Shown one piece after another: positions 9,660 through 18,345 of a stretch of DNA of 34,145 bases. The stretch spans positions 1-34,145 of IMG/VR virus record IMGVR_UViG_3300027653_000313, one strand, 5' to 3'. The stretch's first letter is position 1; every line of letters starts with the position of its first letter. Position numbers and translations under genes: made by a program. The stretch is from a virus (Duplodnaviria; Caudoviricetes). The notes under the pieces were generated by a model, which saw nothing but the letters and a program-made list of their open reading frames with translations, was not told where the DNA came from and did no database searches.

Positions 9660-9875
9660 TCACCCCAACAAATCAAAGAATGAACTCGACTGTTGCGGTT
9701 TGTGTCGTTCTTCCAACAATTGCACAACGTAATGAAACGGGGTATCCAATATTTCATTTACGTCTTTTCCTTCTTGCATCATTTCTAATACCAATTTATC
9801 CATATATTCGACTTGTTTTTTTGGAGTAAAATCAGAATCGGTTAACGATTCTTCTCCTCTAAAAATTTTTTTGAT
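9660..9875 (-). CDS. Tail assembly chaperone extension (gpT-like), reached by -1 frameshift
   Basis: The -1 frame is open from the slippery TCA AAA AAA TTT TTA: ...KKIFRGEESLTDSDFTPKKQVEYMDKLVLEMMQEGKDVNEILDTPFHYVVQLLEERHKPQQSSSFFDLLG*, stop TGA at 9660-9662. Confidence 0.75.
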   Translation of the reverse strand: MKKIFRGEESLTDSDFTPKKQVEYMDKLVLEMMQEGKDVNEILDTPFHYVVQLLEERHKPQQSSSFFDLLG

Positions 9876-10201
9876 TCTTCCTCCTGTTGTGGAGCGTCAG
9901 AAATAAATTCGATCACACCTTGAAGTGTTTTCGCTCCGTCTGGGGCATGCAATCTGTCTCGTAAGTCATCAATTGTAATCCTTCCGTTGTAAATATCGTT
10001 TACTATAAATTCCTCCATTTTATCGATCATTTCAAGTTCAGTTGTGTCTTCATCTGCTACAAGGGTTGCCGCTGCTTGCCTTACTAATCTCCAAGGAACG
10101 AAAGCTGGCGTCCATACTTTCTCAATCTCAGGTTCATCACCTTTATTTACACCCTCTGGATTCTTCACAAGTTCAATATAAGTTCTTTTTAAATTCGCCA
10201 T
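9842..10201 (-). CDS. Tail assembly chaperone (gpG-like)
   Basis: 119 aa between the tail tube and tape measure genes, with a slippery run near its 3' end. Confidence 0.8.
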   Translation of the reverse strand: MANLKRTYIELVKNPEGVNKGDEPEIEKVWTPAFVPWRLVRQAAATLVADEDTTELEMIDKMEEFIVNDIYNGRITIDDLRDRLHAPDGAKTLQGVIEFISDAPQQEEESKKFLEEKNR

Positions 10202-10220
10202 CTATATTCCTCCTATAAAT

Positions 10221-10249
10221 AAAAAGAGAACAGGTTAATCCTGCTCTCT
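10221..10249 (-). terminator. Intrinsic terminator-like hairpin
   Basis: mRNA AGAGAGCAGG-AUUAA-CCUGUUCUCU-UUUU overlapping the stop of the 89-aa gene. Confidence 0.65.
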
Positions 10250-10504
10250 AATTAATTGCTTCCCTATTTTGTTTTGTTTTGATAGTAATTCATCAATGCG
10301 TTCTTGTGATACGTGCTTATTTTCTTCCCTAGGGAACGTATCACCCTCCACATAAATAAATCCGTTGTCCTGCAAATCTTTAAAGTCATACACAACAACA
10401 TGTTTTTTAGGATTGAGTAATTCTATCAATTCAGCTTTTCTCATCTTGTCATTATACTCAACACCCAATTCATCGAGTTTTTCTTTGATTTCCTTTACGG
10501 TCAT
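10235..10504 (-). CDS. Small virion-module protein with HeH/LEM (Rho-N-like) motif
   Basis: N-terminal MTVKEIKEKLDELGVEY...KAELIELL plus C-terminal FKDLQDNG..Y..GD.FPR...ERIDEL. Confidence 0.65.
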   Translation of the reverse strand: MTVKEIKEKLDELGVEYNDKMRKAELIELLNPKKHVVVYDFKDLQDNGFIYVEGDTFPREENKHVSQERIDELLSKQNKIGKQLIREQD

Positions 10505-10506
10505 AA

Positions 10507-11133
10507 TTATGCACCCTCTGGTTCACTTACTGTTCCTGCTTCGGGGTGTGCCACGCCAAAAATGGCCTCATATAGTGCGTCACGTTGTGTAGTTTCGCCT
10601 GACTTGTCATAACCGATTAAATAGGTTACTTTTTCATCTAAGCCAGAAACCTCACGCGACATAAATTCCCCTTCTGTTTCAGCAGTACCAAATTCAACAC
10701 TGCCAGGTTCTTTTGTTTGCCCTTCGATGTTGGGCATCATGAACATTCCTTTTGTGAATCCGATCCATTCTGTACCGCCTTTTTCGTTTGTACGCGCGAA
10801 CATGCAAGCTACATATGGAGGTTTGGGATTACCGGTCACAGCAGTAAGTCCGTTTAAGTCCTTTAATCCGTATAAACGCTTTTTATCTTCAATAGGCAAC
10901 GTATGAAATGTTGTAGTAAGCGTTGTAGAATCTGTGGAGATAGCCATTTCTGCAATAACATTATCTCCGGGCGCTTTTACGATTTCTTGTGGCGTTTCGA
11001 TTGAAATGTTTTGTATAAATTTAATTCGCTCTGCTTCGCTTCCCTTGATTGCGTTCGTTACTTCGTCCAGTTCACCATAATAAAATTCTTTTAATCCGGT
11101 AAAGGATTTATAATTCTTTTTTTCTTCAGCCAT
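10507..11133 (-). CDS. Major tail tube protein (phi13-like family)
   Basis: GLKEFYYG, PPYVACMF and WIGFTKGMF motifs; position after the tail terminator. Confidence 0.9.
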   Translation of the reverse strand: MAEEKKNYKSFTGLKEFYYGELDEVTNAIKGSEAERIKFIQNISIETPQEIVKAPGDNVIAEMAISTDSTTLTTTFHTLPIEDKKRLYGLKDLNGLTAVTGNPKPPYVACMFARTNEKGGTEWIGFTKGMFMMPNIEGQTKEPGSVEFGTAETEGEFMSREVSGLDEKVTYLIGYDKSGETTQRDALYEAIFGVAHPEAGTVSEPEGA

Positions 11134-11158
11134 TTATACTCACTCCTATTTTTGGTAA

Positions 11159-11181
11159 TAAAAAAACAGCCTATAAGCTGT
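11159..11181 (-). terminator. Short hairpin with U-tract overlapping the tail terminator gene stop
   Basis: mRNA ACAGCU-UAUA-GGCUGU-UUUUUU. Confidence 0.55.
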
Positions 11182-11554
11182 CAAAGTCATCTCTATATAC
11201 TTTTCCGCGGTAACGTCTGGCGTCCCGGAAAATATTAAAATCCTTGTCCCATTCATCCATACCGGAGCCTTGTTTAAATCCCATACCCCATAACACATGA
11301 CGTATTCTAGCAGATAGCTTTTCTGTAATACTCCGGCTTTTAGACCACACTTCAATTTGATATAAATAATCATCTGTTAACCAAGTATCATCCGCATAAT
11401 CATCAGGCATAGGAACATCTAATGGGTCAATGATAATATGTGGCTTGTCCATAGTTGCTGTTTCAGGGTATTCATAGTATTTAATCCTTCCCTTTGCCTG
11501 TTCTGCTATATAGTCATCATTGAGAAGGGATTCATATATTTTATCTAACATCAA
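11171..11554 (-). CDS. Tail completion/terminator protein
   Basis: IKYYEYPE, YQIEVWSK and DARRYRG motifs; last neck gene before the tail tube gene. Confidence 0.8.
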   Translation of the reverse strand: MMLDKIYESLLNDDYIAEQAKGRIKYYEYPETATMDKPHIIIDPLDVPMPDDYADDTWLTDDYLYQIEVWSKSRSITEKLSARIRHVLWGMGFKQGSGMDEWDKDFNIFRDARRYRGKVYRDDFDSL

Positions 11555-11946
11555 ATACCCTCCTTTATCGCCTGTTTAATAGCATCGCGATACGCAGATT
11601 CGGCACTTCTCATTGCTCGGGCAATAGCACCTTTACCTTTTGGATTCGGATTCTTGACTGTGCCGAACTCATTAAGGTGGATAATTCTATATCGTCCTTT
11701 ATCGCCCTTCCAGTGTATCTTGACTGTGCGAGCACCTGCGATTGTCAACGGCTTGGACTTGGTTATCTCATCAATACTAGCCCCTGTATCCTTGAAAGAT
11801 TCAAACTGCGACTTCAATTCCTTTATAAATACGTCAGCACCATCCGACAACGCCTTATCGCTAACTTGTTGCATTTTAGCTTTACCGTATCTACGCTCTA
11901 ACTCCGCTTCCAATTGCTTTAGACCAGTAACCTCAACATTACTCAT
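11551..11946 (-). CDS. HK97 gp10-like neck/tail completion protein
   Basis: VTGLKQL, DTGAS and IIHLNEFGT motifs. Confidence 0.8.
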   Translation of the reverse strand: MSNVEVTGLKQLEAELERRYGKAKMQQVSDKALSDGADVFIKELKSQFESFKDTGASIDEITKSKPLTIAGARTVKIHWKGDKGRYRIIHLNEFGTVKNPNPKGKGAIARAMRSAESAYRDAIKQAIKEGI

Positions 11947-12299
11947 GTGGACGCCTCTGCCACTACTTTTATAAAGCGCTTGTCCTTTACATCGGGTTGT
12001 ATTTTATTAATATTGAAACGGACGTAATCACCCTTACCATCACTATAGGCATCATCAAGCACTGACATATAATGTTCATTCCGTGGTATAAATTCCCCGC
12101 GTGTGTCTCTAATGCGTATAGTAACGGCAGATAAAACATTTGTTGTCCTTAATGATTCGTGATCTTTCATTGAAGGCTCATATACTTCTGCCCAACACTC
12201 CCATAGTTTTAGCTTTTCAGATTCGCCCGGTTCAGGACCATCATTTGGTGCGTACTCAAAAAACTGTATGCGTGTGTTTAATTTTCCTGCATTATCCAT
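11943..12299 (-). CDS. Head closure protein (SPP1 gp16-like)
   Basis: GKLNTRIQF...CWAEV...TIRIR motifs; position in the neck cluster. Confidence 0.85.
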   Translation of the reverse strand: MDNAGKLNTRIQFFEYAPNDGPEPGESEKLKLWECWAEVYEPSMKDHESLRTTNVLSAVTIRIRDTRGEFIPRNEHYMSVLDDAYSDGKGDYVRFNINKIQPDVKDKRFIKVVAEAST

Positions 12300-12567
12300 C
12301 GGTTTTCACCACCGGAAAGTCCTTTAACTTTAATACCAGTGAATGGATAATGCTTTCATTATCACCAAGAACACCGCGACCATCGTAATTTTGCGACACA
12401 ATAGCTTTGACCGCCAATTCATATAGCGGATAATCTTCATGTGCAGTAGTTCTTTCTGATACACCGGAAGCTTTCAATTCCGCTTTTGCGGCAGATATAA
12501 AAGAGTGAATGACACTATCCTCGAAAGTACCATCTACTCTTAGAAAATCTTTAACGTCATCTAACAT
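12292..12567 (-). CDS. Head-tail connector (HK97 gp6-like)
   Basis: LDDVKDFLRVD...ED..I...I.AA, LAV..IV...YD.R. Confidence 0.9.
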   Translation of the reverse strand: MLDDVKDFLRVDGTFEDSVIHSFISAAKAELKASGVSERTTAHEDYPLYELAVKAIVSQNYDGRGVLGDNESIIHSLVLKLKDFPVVKTDG

Positions 12568-12583
12568 TCAATCACCCGCTTTA

Positions 12584-13288
12584 TTATTCTGGTTCTGGGT
12601 CGGGCTCTGGTTCAACAACCGTCACTACGCACGTATCTTTCTTATCGCCATCCGCAGTAGTTACTACGATTTCCGCAGTACCAGCCGCCTTGGCAGTAAC
12701 GAGTCCTTTATCATCGACAGATGCCACACCGGACGCCTTCGATGCATAACTAACTGTTTTGTCATCAGCATTGGATGGCGATGCCGTTGCGCTTAATTGT
12801 TTCGTTTCTCCTACTTCTGACTCGACGGTTTTAGGGGATATTTCCACACCAGTTACATTAATGACAGGCTCTTTTACAGTTATTTTGCTTGTAGCTGTCT
12901 TCTTGCCATCTGTTGTTGTGACTGTAATAGTTGCCTCTCCCTTTGCTGCGCCTGTTACTTTTCCACTTCCATTAACTGTCGCGATTGATTCATCACTAGA
13001 TTTTAGCGAAATAGTTTTGTTTGTTGCATTACTCGGTGCTACCGTCGCTGTAACATTTGCCGTTTCATCAACATCAATAGTCAATGCTGCAGGTTCAAGT
13101 GTTACACCAGTTACTGCGATTGGTTTTGTTTTAACAGTTACTGTTGCCTTTTCGGATTCGCTGTCACCAATTACTTCAGACACACCAAAAGAATACTCTG
13201 TGTTAGGTGTTAAACCATCAACAGTGTACTCTTTATCTTCAATGCCTTCTTTTATTAACTCATTGTCTTGATATACGTTGTATGTCAT
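12584..13288 (-). CDS. Ig-like virion decoration protein: incomplete FN3 domain (strands C-G) plus two Big_2 domains
   Basis: YNVY...YTVDGLTPNTEYSFGVS...GDSES followed by two copies of VTGV...ATNK.I...SSDESIATV..G.VT....G.A.I.VTT.DG; RBS AAGGGAG. Confidence 0.85.
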   Translation of the reverse strand: MTYNVYQDNELIKEGIEDKEYTVDGLTPNTEYSFGVSEVIGDSESEKATVTVKTKPIAVTGVTLEPAALTIDVDETANVTATVAPSNATNKTISLKSSDESIATVNGSGKVTGAAKGEATITVTTTDGKKTATSKITVKEPVINVTGVEISPKTVESEVGETKQLSATASPSNADDKTVSYASKASGVASVDDKGLVTAKAAGTAEIVVTTADGDKKDTCVVTVVEPEPDPEPE

Positions 13289-13322
13289 GTAATTCTCCCT
13301 TCTTTTTCCTAGAGTAGCCCTG

Positions 13323-13382
13323 TTTAAAGGCTAGTCCCACTTTAAATTGACTGTTTGATCTGTGGTTTTACTAGCCTTTAAA
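13323..13382. repeat. Perfect 13-bp inverted repeat with a 34-nt spacer
   Basis: tttaaaggctagt (13323-13335) and actagcctttaaa (13370-13382). Confidence 0.9.
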
Positions 13383-13400
13383 TTTGCGGGCTGTTTAGGG
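13331..13400 (-). other. Programmed +1 frameshift site (CCC-UAA) and short capsid C-terminal extension
   Basis: The capsid ends CCC TAA (13400-13395). The +1 frame reads PKQPANLKASKTTDQTVNLKWD* (TAG 13333-13331), i.e. FN3 strands A-B. Confidence 0.7.
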
Positions 13401-14579
13401 CGCTGGTGTAACTTCAACAATGCGGAATGCGGACGCTAATTTAATTTGGTGGTCAAACCATGCAGTAACTACAAACTGCTCAATGCCTGTTTTAACGTCT
13501 TTGTCACGTTCGTATTGGGTTGTGGCAATGTCGTAGTTGTAATGCGAATAAGAAAAATCGCCGATGATAGGGTGTTTAGCTGCATCCACAAACTCAACCG
13601 GCTTACCTAGGACTTGTTCTGGTTGCGCGCTGTATAACGTAGCATTTCCATTAGCTAGAACCTCGATGATGTCCATGTAATCAGCGTAAGTCATAACAAT
13701 TTTCGCATTCTCACGGTAGTCCTCATGTAAATCCGCAATAGCTTTCTTGATTGCTTTATAAAGGTCTTCTCCTTCCACTGTTTTTATTTCGTTTTCAGTA
13801 GAGTAGAAAGACATATGTTCCTCGCCAGTTTTTGGAGAGTCAGCAAACGCTACCTTCTTTTCTTTCGCAGCTACACCGGATTGCAAAGCACGTTCAACGG
13901 TTGCCACAACATTAGCATCTGTGCCAAGTAGCACTGTTTCGGATAGTCCTGCAAACACTTTAAATTTATGACGACCAAATGTTACTGTGTCGCCTTTCGT
14001 TTTCAATTCCTTTGCAGTTTCCGTATCCGCGATAAATTCATCATCATCGAGCGTGAAGCTAATTTTCGGAATTTCTAAATTAGTAATTTGTGTAAATGTA
14101 GAAATGCCACGCAACTGATTTTTGACGGTCGGCTCTGTGATGATGTCGTTTGATACTGTTTTAGGTAAAAACTTCTCTCCGCCCGTTGAATTATCATCAC
14201 CTAATGCTTGACGGACATCGGCAGGTACAGGCTTATTTGCCATTACAGCCTTAATCATGTCTGATTTTGCTTTCATTTTTTGTTCAGCGGGATCGGTGAT
14301 GTTTTTAATGTTATCTTTAGCGGCAAACTTAGCTTTCTGTTCCGTTTCCAATTGATCGTGTTGATCTTTAATTACATCAAAACGCGCCTTCAAATCATCC
14401 TTGGATTTTTGCAATGCTTGGATATCATCCATAGATGCAGATGGATCAATTGCCTTTTGAGACAATTCGCCTTCTGTTTTTTGAAGCTGTTGACCGATTG
14501 TTGCCATGTTCTGCTTCATTTCATAAAGTGTTTTATCACCGAAGTGCTGTAGATTTAGTTTTAGATATTTTTTATTCAT
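13395..14579 (-). CDS. Major capsid protein (HK97 fold with coiled-coil delta domain)
   Basis: 394 aa; N-terminal coiled coil, GGEKFLPKT and VLGKPVEF...IIGDFS motifs; follows the Clp protease gene. Confidence 0.95.
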   Translation of the reverse strand: MNKKYLKLNLQHFGDKTLYEMKQNMATIGQQLQKTEGELSQKAIDPSASMDDIQALQKSKDDLKARFDVIKDQHDQLETEQKAKFAAKDNIKNITDPAEQKMKAKSDMIKAVMANKPVPADVRQALGDDNSTGGEKFLPKTVSNDIITEPTVKNQLRGISTFTQITNLEIPKISFTLDDDEFIADTETAKELKTKGDTVTFGRHKFKVFAGLSETVLLGTDANVVATVERALQSGVAAKEKKVAFADSPKTGEEHMSFYSTENEIKTVEGEDLYKAIKKAIADLHEDYRENAKIVMTYADYMDIIEVLANGNATLYSAQPEQVLGKPVEFVDAAKHPIIGDFSYSHYNYDIATTQYERDKDVKTGIEQFVVTAWFDHQIKLASAFRIVEVTPAP

Positions 14580-15334
14580 GAATAAATTCCTCCTAAGATA
14601 TGATTTGTTATTTCAGATGATGCTTTTGCTTCATCTGCTATTTTTTGGCGCGTAGCCATTTCTTCTGCGGATATAACTTGTTTCGGCTTTTCTTTTAGTT
14701 GTTTTGGTACATTTTTATACCTTTGCATGTATTCATCACTAATGGATGCTGCCATATTGTTCGATTCCTCCACAACATCACATAGCCCATATTCAAATGC
14801 TTCATCAGCGGACAACCAAGTTTCAGCGTCTAGCATTTCCTTTAGTTTTCCTTCTTCTAGTTTGTCGCCTGTTTTAGACAAGTACGATTGAACAGCAGAT
14901 TCACCTATACGATCTAAATCATCGGCTTGCTTCCGCAAGTCAGCAGCATTACCGATAGCGAACGTCCAAGGATTGTGTATCATCAGCATAGAATTACTGG
15001 GCATCCTGATTTCATCAGCAGCCATGATGATAACACTAGCAATAGACGCTGCTAAAGCATCCACATTAGCCACTACGCGCGCGTTATGACGTTTAAGCAT
15101 GTTTCCGATGGTTATTCCTTCAAAAACGCTCCCACCCGGAGAGTTAACGTATAAGTTTATTTGTTCGACTTCCCCCAGTGCGTCTAATTCATTTTTGAAA
15201 GTTTGCGCGGAATGTTCTCCGTCTTCTGCCCAAGCATATTTTGTTATTTCTCCATATAAAAAAACATCGCCCGATTTACCATCAGCGGATGCCTTCATTT
15301 TGAAAAACTTATTCTGTTGTTTCTTCTGATTCAC
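14576..15334 (-). CDS. ClpP-type head maturation protease
   Basis: INLYVNSPGGSVFEG, AASIASVI, MIHNPW and ETWLSADEA motifs; likely start GTG 15334 after AAAGGTGGTGA. Confidence 0.95.
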   Translation of the reverse strand: MNQKKQQNKFFKMKASADGKSGDVFLYGEITKYAWAEDGEHSAQTFKNELDALGEVEQINLYVNSPGGSVFEGITIGNMLKRHNARVVANVDALAASIASVIIMAADEIRMPSNSMLMIHNPWTFAIGNAADLRKQADDLDRIGESAVQSYLSKTGDKLEEGKLKEMLDAETWLSADEAFEYGLCDVVEESNNMAASISDEYMQRYKNVPKQLKEKPKQVISAEEMATRQKIADEAKASSEITNHILGGIYS

Positions 15335-16538
15335 TCTTATCACCACCTTTCGAAGTAGATTTCCTTTCATTTGCTGGCGTGTCCATTGTGTACAAATCAC
15401 CACTCACCCACAATTTACTTGCATTGTCACCTTCAGGCGGTAAGTCTTCAAGTCTCCTAGCTTCATCTGGCTTTAAATAACCACTGCGAATACCAGACTG
15501 ATAGAATTGTGTTCGCGCAGCAGTGTCACCTCTTAACAGTCCACCGAGGCTAAACTTAAAGTAAAAACCTCGCTTCCTTTCAACTGATGTAAGCAATTTA
15601 CGGTTAAATTCTTGCTCATATTGCTTTACAATAGGCGTTAATGCCATCTGCACAAACTGGATCATCATTTGTTCATTGGATGAATAACTAAACCCTTCTG
15701 AATCATTTAAAAAAGAGACTGGCACATTGAAAACATTGGCCACTCTCGTTCTTGTGATTTGTTCTGATTTAATTGTATCTGACGCTACGTGTTTTCTTTC
15801 TATCTCACCAATTTCAACGCCGGGTTCCTGAAATAAAACCCCTCCATTTTCGCTATAAAACTGCCTAAAGTTGTCCACTACTTCTTTTCTTTTCTCAGGA
15901 TCAATGTTAGTCCCGTATGTTAGTTTAAAACTTTCTTTCTTTTCCATTTCATTTAAACTAAATTCTTGCACGGCTTTATCGTATTTAAGGGTGTTTTTTA
16001 ATACATCCAACGGACTAACACCTGCCCATCTCGACGCACCCGTAATATGCTTAACGTGTAACATATTCATATTGTGAAAGTAATAAGTTCCGCCCTCGCC
16101 CATTACCTCATACCACAATGATTCATCATCCCTATTAATAAAAGGAATAACATAATCAGGGTCAATGGGCAATAATGCTTCAACTTGCATCCTAATATCT
16201 CGCATGATCACCGCATAAGCATTACCTTTTTCATTTCTAGCTACTTCCATTTTGTTCATGAAATCAAAGCTAGTCATATTTTGATTGGGTGCATTCGTTA
16301 AAACGTCGGACGTGTCATTATGTTCCACTTCATATTCTTTGTACATTTTCAATGGCAATGAAGACATCGTATTCGATAACCTCGTTATGATGCTAAAAAT
16401 AGTCTCATTGGTTGTCAAAGTACTGTTATCTATCCCCCAAAACATGCGACCAGCCCAATTAGAAAAGTTATATGTTTTACCTTGCCACGCAGCATAAGCA
16501 GCTAATGAAGCATTTTTTACTTTTTTATACCATTTCAA
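15309..16538 (-). CDS. Portal protein (HK97 family)
   Basis: GNAYA, GVSPL, VANVFNVP, LLRGD and PDEARRLEDLPP motifs. Confidence 0.95.
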   Translation of the reverse strand: MKWYKKVKNASLAAYAAWQGKTYNFSNWAGRMFWGIDNSTLTTNETIFSIITRLSNTMSSLPLKMYKEYEVEHNDTSDVLTNAPNQNMTSFDFMNKMEVARNEKGNAYAVIMRDIRMQVEALLPIDPDYVIPFINRDDESLWYEVMGEGGTYYFHNMNMLHVKHITGASRWAGVSPLDVLKNTLKYDKAVQEFSLNEMEKKESFKLTYGTNIDPEKRKEVVDNFRQFYSENGGVLFQEPGVEIGEIERKHVASDTIKSEQITRTRVANVFNVPVSFLNDSEGFSYSSNEQMMIQFVQMALTPIVKQYEQEFNRKLLTSVERKRGFYFKFSLGGLLRGDTAARTQFYQSGIRSGYLKPDEARRLEDLPPEGDNASKLWVSGDLYTMDTPANERKSTSKGGDKSESEETTE

Positions 16539-16551
16539 TTTATCACCACCT

Positions 16552-18345
16552 TTACATTTTCATTAGATCGTTAATAGAAACAAATTTAACATCACCGTCA
16601 CCCTGTGGTTCAGATAACATATGCATGATGTGTACATGCGCGTTTAATGCAGCGGCAAACCCGTCAATCTTTCTGTTTGTGCTTTGCTTAGATGGCATCC
16701 AGTTACTATTTCGATCTTTGACCAATTTTATATTACTTAGATACCATCTGAATATCTTACTATTATTAAAAATAACCTTTCCGTCTAGCATCATTTCTTT
16801 TAAGTTCTGCATTGGTCCACCTAATGTTGTAAACCCTTGTATAACTCTTTCTGTTTTGAACCCATAATTTTCTAGCGCTTTATTTAGATATAACGCCTTC
16901 GCTTTGTCATAGGCTATCAAATCAATCACGTATTTGTTTGATTGTTCGACAAACCAGTCATATACATACTCATAATTAACATAATCACCTGGTATTATCG
17001 TCAACTCGCCCGCACTTTCCCATTCGTCAATACGCTGAGGGTTAGGGTCTCTGTCATACCTAGCTTGTGGTATGAACGTATGTTGTAATATGAAAACCTC
17101 ACCAGTCTCCAATGGAAATTCTAATGCCGCTGCGGTAAAGTCTTCTGTTTCGGATAAGTCAAAAGAACCTATACACCTTTTTCCTTCCAATTCTTTTAAG
17201 TCAATCGTTTTGTTATTCCGTTTGATTGTCGGAATGTCCACAAAGGATAGTTCACCAACATCGCTAAACAAGTTAAATTGCTTCGTCATCCAGTCCGCTT
17301 TCTCTTGTGGGTTCTTGCGTTCCTTTTTCCAGTCAGATACTAAGTTAACGAAGTCCATTAATCCGATGTTAGGGTTAGCTTTAACCCACAACTCAGGCTT
17401 GTCTGCTTCTTCCGGTTTATCCAATTTTGCAAGGAAGTAGAATGTCCTTTCGTCAATATCATCTTCTAGGTTTTCCAATGTATCTTGTCCATTTTCATAA
17501 TACTGCATTAGAGGACCATCAAGCACGTAGCCTGCTGTCGTGATGTAAAGTATCAAAGGCTGTGTTCTCATGCCCCTAGACTTCTTCATGACGTTTATTA
17601 AACTATAGTCCTTATATTCATGAAGTTCATCGAACACACCAAAATGTAGGTTCTCCCCGTCCTTATCGCTCTTTTCAGCAGACATAGCAACCATCGTACA
17701 ATTCATCTTCTCGTAACGTATTTCACTTCTCAATGCCTTATAACGATTGTCTAAATACGGTGATGACTTGATCATTGCTTTCGATTCATCGAATAAGATG
17801 GTTGATTGTTTTTGTGAGTTGGCTAATACATAAATGTTTGCCCCTCGTTCTTCGTCAAAACCTAGCATATAGTTTGCTACACCACTTATTAGAGTTGTTT
17901 TACCGTTTTTTCTTGAAACAAACACAAGACCTTCACGGAATCGTCTTATACCCGTATCCTTGTGTACCCAGCCAAACAATGAACCTATTACGAAATGTTG
18001 CCACGGTTGCATGACCAATTGATTAGATTCACCTTTTGATGGACTGCACTTCTTTTCGATGAATCTTATAGGACGATGACCTTTTTCCTCGTCAAATACC
18101 CATGGAAATTCGTCTGTACCTTGCCTGTTGATGTCTCTAATGTGACGTTTAGCAGACAAAATGTTTTCTTTACTGGCTGGTATGTCTCCATCTATCAATC
18201 TTTCAGCATACCAATTCGTGAGCAGTTCCGGGTAAGGGTGCTCCAATATCCCGCCCCAACTTTTTTGTGAGTCTTGATAGTCATTCCACCATGTTTCTAA
18301 TTCTGTATAACTCATTTCTAAAACAGGCTTAGAAATCGTCTTCAT
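16552..18345 (-). CDS. terL: Terminase large subunit
   Basis: MQPWQHF, Walker A VSRKNGKT, Walker B FDELHE, ITTAG, DLSETEDF and KIDGFAA motifs; likely start 18345. Confidence 0.97.
   Translation of the reverse strand: MKTISKPVLEMSYTELETWWNDYQDSQKSWGGILEHPYPELLTNWYAERLIDGDIPASKENILSAKRHIRDINRQGTDEFPWVFDEEKGHRPIRFIEKKCSPSKGESNQLVMQPWQHFVIGSLFGWVHKDTGIRRFREGLVFVSRKNGKTTLISGVANYMLGFDEERGANIYVLANSQKQSTILFDESKAMIKSSPYLDNRYKALRSEIRYEKMNCTMVAMSAEKSDKDGENLHFGVFDELHEYKDYSLINVMKKSRGMRTQPLILYITTAGYVLDGPLMQYYENGQDTLENLEDDIDERTFYFLAKLDKPEEADKPELWVKANPNIGLMDFVNLVSDWKKERKNPQEKADWMTKQFNLFSDVGELSFVDIPTIKRNNKTIDLKELEGKRCIGSFDLSETEDFTAAALEFPLETGEVFILQHTFIPQARYDRDPNPQRIDEWESAGELTIIPGDYVNYEYVYDWFVEQSNKYVIDLIAYDKAKALYLNKALENYGFKTERVIQGFTTLGGPMQNLKEMMLDGKVIFNNSKIFRWYLSNIKLVKDRNSNWMPSKQSTNRKIDGFAAALNAHVHIMHMLSEPQGDGDVKFVSINDLMKM

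Noticed and set aside
10500-10520. Frameshift or readthrough fusing the tail tube protein to the 89-aa ORF
   Set aside because: The tube gene ends GCA TAA with no slippery motif, and the next ORF has its own SD (GAGGGTG) and ATG.
13331-13333. Genome-wide UAG reassignment
   Set aside because: TAG serves as a normal stop for the HNH (18900), dUTPase and tail terminator genes, and no other gene is interrupted by TAG.
13265-13336. T4 gene 60-style matched-codon hop from GAC before the UAG hairpin
   Set aside because: The nearest GAC (inside ATGACA) is out of frame, and the first in-frame GAC would skip FN3 strand C (YNVY). A classical matched take-off/landing hop is not supported.
16552-18345. 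Intein or intron in terL (also checked in the primase-helicase)
   Set aside because: Lengths and motif spacing are normal and no splicing motifs were seen.
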